Virus record (IMG/VR): IMGVR_UViG_3300044450_000293
Location: 1 to 26,211 of that record
Reading direction: 5' to 3' (one strand)
Source of the DNA: a virus
Taxonomy: Duplodnaviria; Caudoviricetes
DNA length: 26,211 bases
Shown here: positions 25,295 through 26,211 of the stretch, in pieces
Layout of the letters: every line of letters starts with the position of its first letter
How positions within the stretch are numbered: the stretch's first letter is position 1
Made by a program: the position numbers and the translations under genes
The notes under the pieces: generated by a model
The model's database searches: none
What the model was told of the DNA's origin: nothing
The model's input: only the letters and a program-made list of their open reading frames with translations

Positions 25295-26052
25295 CAGGCA
25301 ACCCTCCGCGCAATGCGGCGGGGCGGCTCGCCGGTATAGAACCAACCGCTCTCAAACGAGCCGGCATCGAAGGATGCTTCCCGGCTGTTGCGGGCGTATT
25401 CCAGCATCTTGTTGAGGTTGACGACGATGCGACGTGCCCGGCCCTGCGCCTTGTCGACCAGGACATCGAGCAGATCGTCATCGATATCGAGGTGCGGGCA
25501 GAACAGGTTCGCCAACGCCCTGGCATCATCGATATCGCAGGGCTCCGCAGGCACCCACTCCAGCACCCGGTTGTGCACCCGCTCCACCTTCATCAGTTTC
25601 GCTGGAAGCTGCTCTTCGCCGATCAGCAGCACCGGCACCTGACTGTGCTCCTGGATCTCGCGAACCAGCTCCAGCATGCCTTTGTCCGCCAGCTTGTCCG
25701 CCTCGTCGATGATCAGCGGCCGCTCATAGTCGTCGCCAAGAGCCATGATCGCTTCCGAGGTCAGGTCTGCGATCGAGGATTTCTGCGGCTTCACATCCGC
25801 CTCGGCCAGAAGGTTTTCCAGGAACTTCTTGCGCGTCCAGCTGTCTCCAACTTCCAGGCGCAAGGCCCGCTTTTTGTTGGTGGCGTAGATGGAGGCATAG
25901 GTCTTGCCGTACCCGGAATATCCGTGAAACACGCCAATGCCCGGCAAGTGAGGCCCGCGATTGATCAGGGTTTCCATCAGGACCAGAAACCGGGAAACGT
26001 TCTTCAAGGCCGCGAGGCCACCGGGATTGACAGAGTTGTCTCCGTTCGTCAT
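25294..26052 (-). CDS. Transposition AAA+ ATPase (MuB-like)
   Basis: Walker A GYSGYGKT, Walker B LIIDEAD, LLIGEE, GRARR. Confidence 0.92.
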   Translation of the reverse strand: MTNGDNSVNPGGLAALKNVSRFLVLMETLINRGPHLPGIGVFHGYSGYGKTYASIYATNKKRALRLEVGDSWTRKKFLENLLAEADVKPQKSSIADLTSEAIMALGDDYERPLIIDEADKLADKGMLELVREIQEHSQVPVLLIGEEQLPAKLMKVERVHNRVLEWVPAEPCDIDDARALANLFCPHLDIDDDLLDVLVDKAQGRARRIVVNLNKMLEYARNSREASFDAGSFESGWFYTGEPPRRIARRVA

Positions 26053-26077
26053 TCTTCACTCCGTATCAAGCTGTTCT

Positions 26078-26104
26078 GGCTCTGAAGGCTGCCACCTTCA
26101 GGGC
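26078..26104. repeat. 11-bp stem-loop between the putative A gene and the B gene
   Basis: GGCTCTGAAGG ctgcca CCTTCAGGGCC, followed on the + strand by GTTTTCTT. Confidence 0.7.
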
Positions 26105-26118
26105 CGTTTTCTTGCCCA

Positions 26119-26211
26119 TTAAGACGCGGGCGGTACGCGGTGTTTGAGCTGTTGGGTGTCTTCCCACATGAGCCGCATGGCCTTGTAGACAGGCCCATTC
26201 TTGAAGTTCGC
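26119..26211 (-). CDS. C-terminal 30 aa of the upstream gene, probably MuA-like transposase
   Basis: Open frame ANFKNGPVYKAMRLMWEDTQQLKHRVPPAS* entering from the window edge; identity from synteny only. Confidence 0.55.
   Translation of the reverse strand, partial: ANFKNGPVYKAMRLMWEDTQQLKHRVPPAS

Larger units (their letters stand above)
1..26211 (-). mobile_element. Transposable Mu-like prophage (siphovirus type), both ends outside the window
   Basis: MuB-like ATPase, GemA, Mor/C, gp26/27/28-like genes followed by head and non-contractile tail genes, all co-oriented with many overlapping stop/start codons. Confidence 0.95.

Noticed and set aside
1-26211. tRNA, rRNA, CRISPR array, reverse transcriptase/DGR, tail sheath or invertase
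   Set aside because: None recognisable in this window

Overview
Interior of a transposable (Mu-like) prophage with a siphovirus tail, in a GC-rich host that is probably alphaproteobacterial (inferred from gene families). All credible genes lie on the - strand. In transcription order (right to left): probable end of transposase A, transposition ATPase B, early HTH/DUF3164/GemA genes, a Mor/C-type activator, the lysis cassette, TraR/DksA, Mu gp25/26/27/28-like packaging genes, an HK97-type head (portal fused to a MuF-like domain, prohead protease, capsid), neck genes, and a non-contractile tail (tube, frameshifted chaperone, tape measure, Dit, hub, NlpC/P60, J-like tip). Accessory genes are interleaved with the neck genes: a membrane peptide, DUF2786, an adenine methyltransferase, and a zinc-finger/Acb2-Tad1-like protein. 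Main highlights: a candidate nucleotide-signal sponge, a structured leader hiding the methyltransferase RBS, three matched late promoters, and a dispersed 11-bp-phased TTTAAA-like motif. Family assignments come from motif recognition and synteny; no database search was run.
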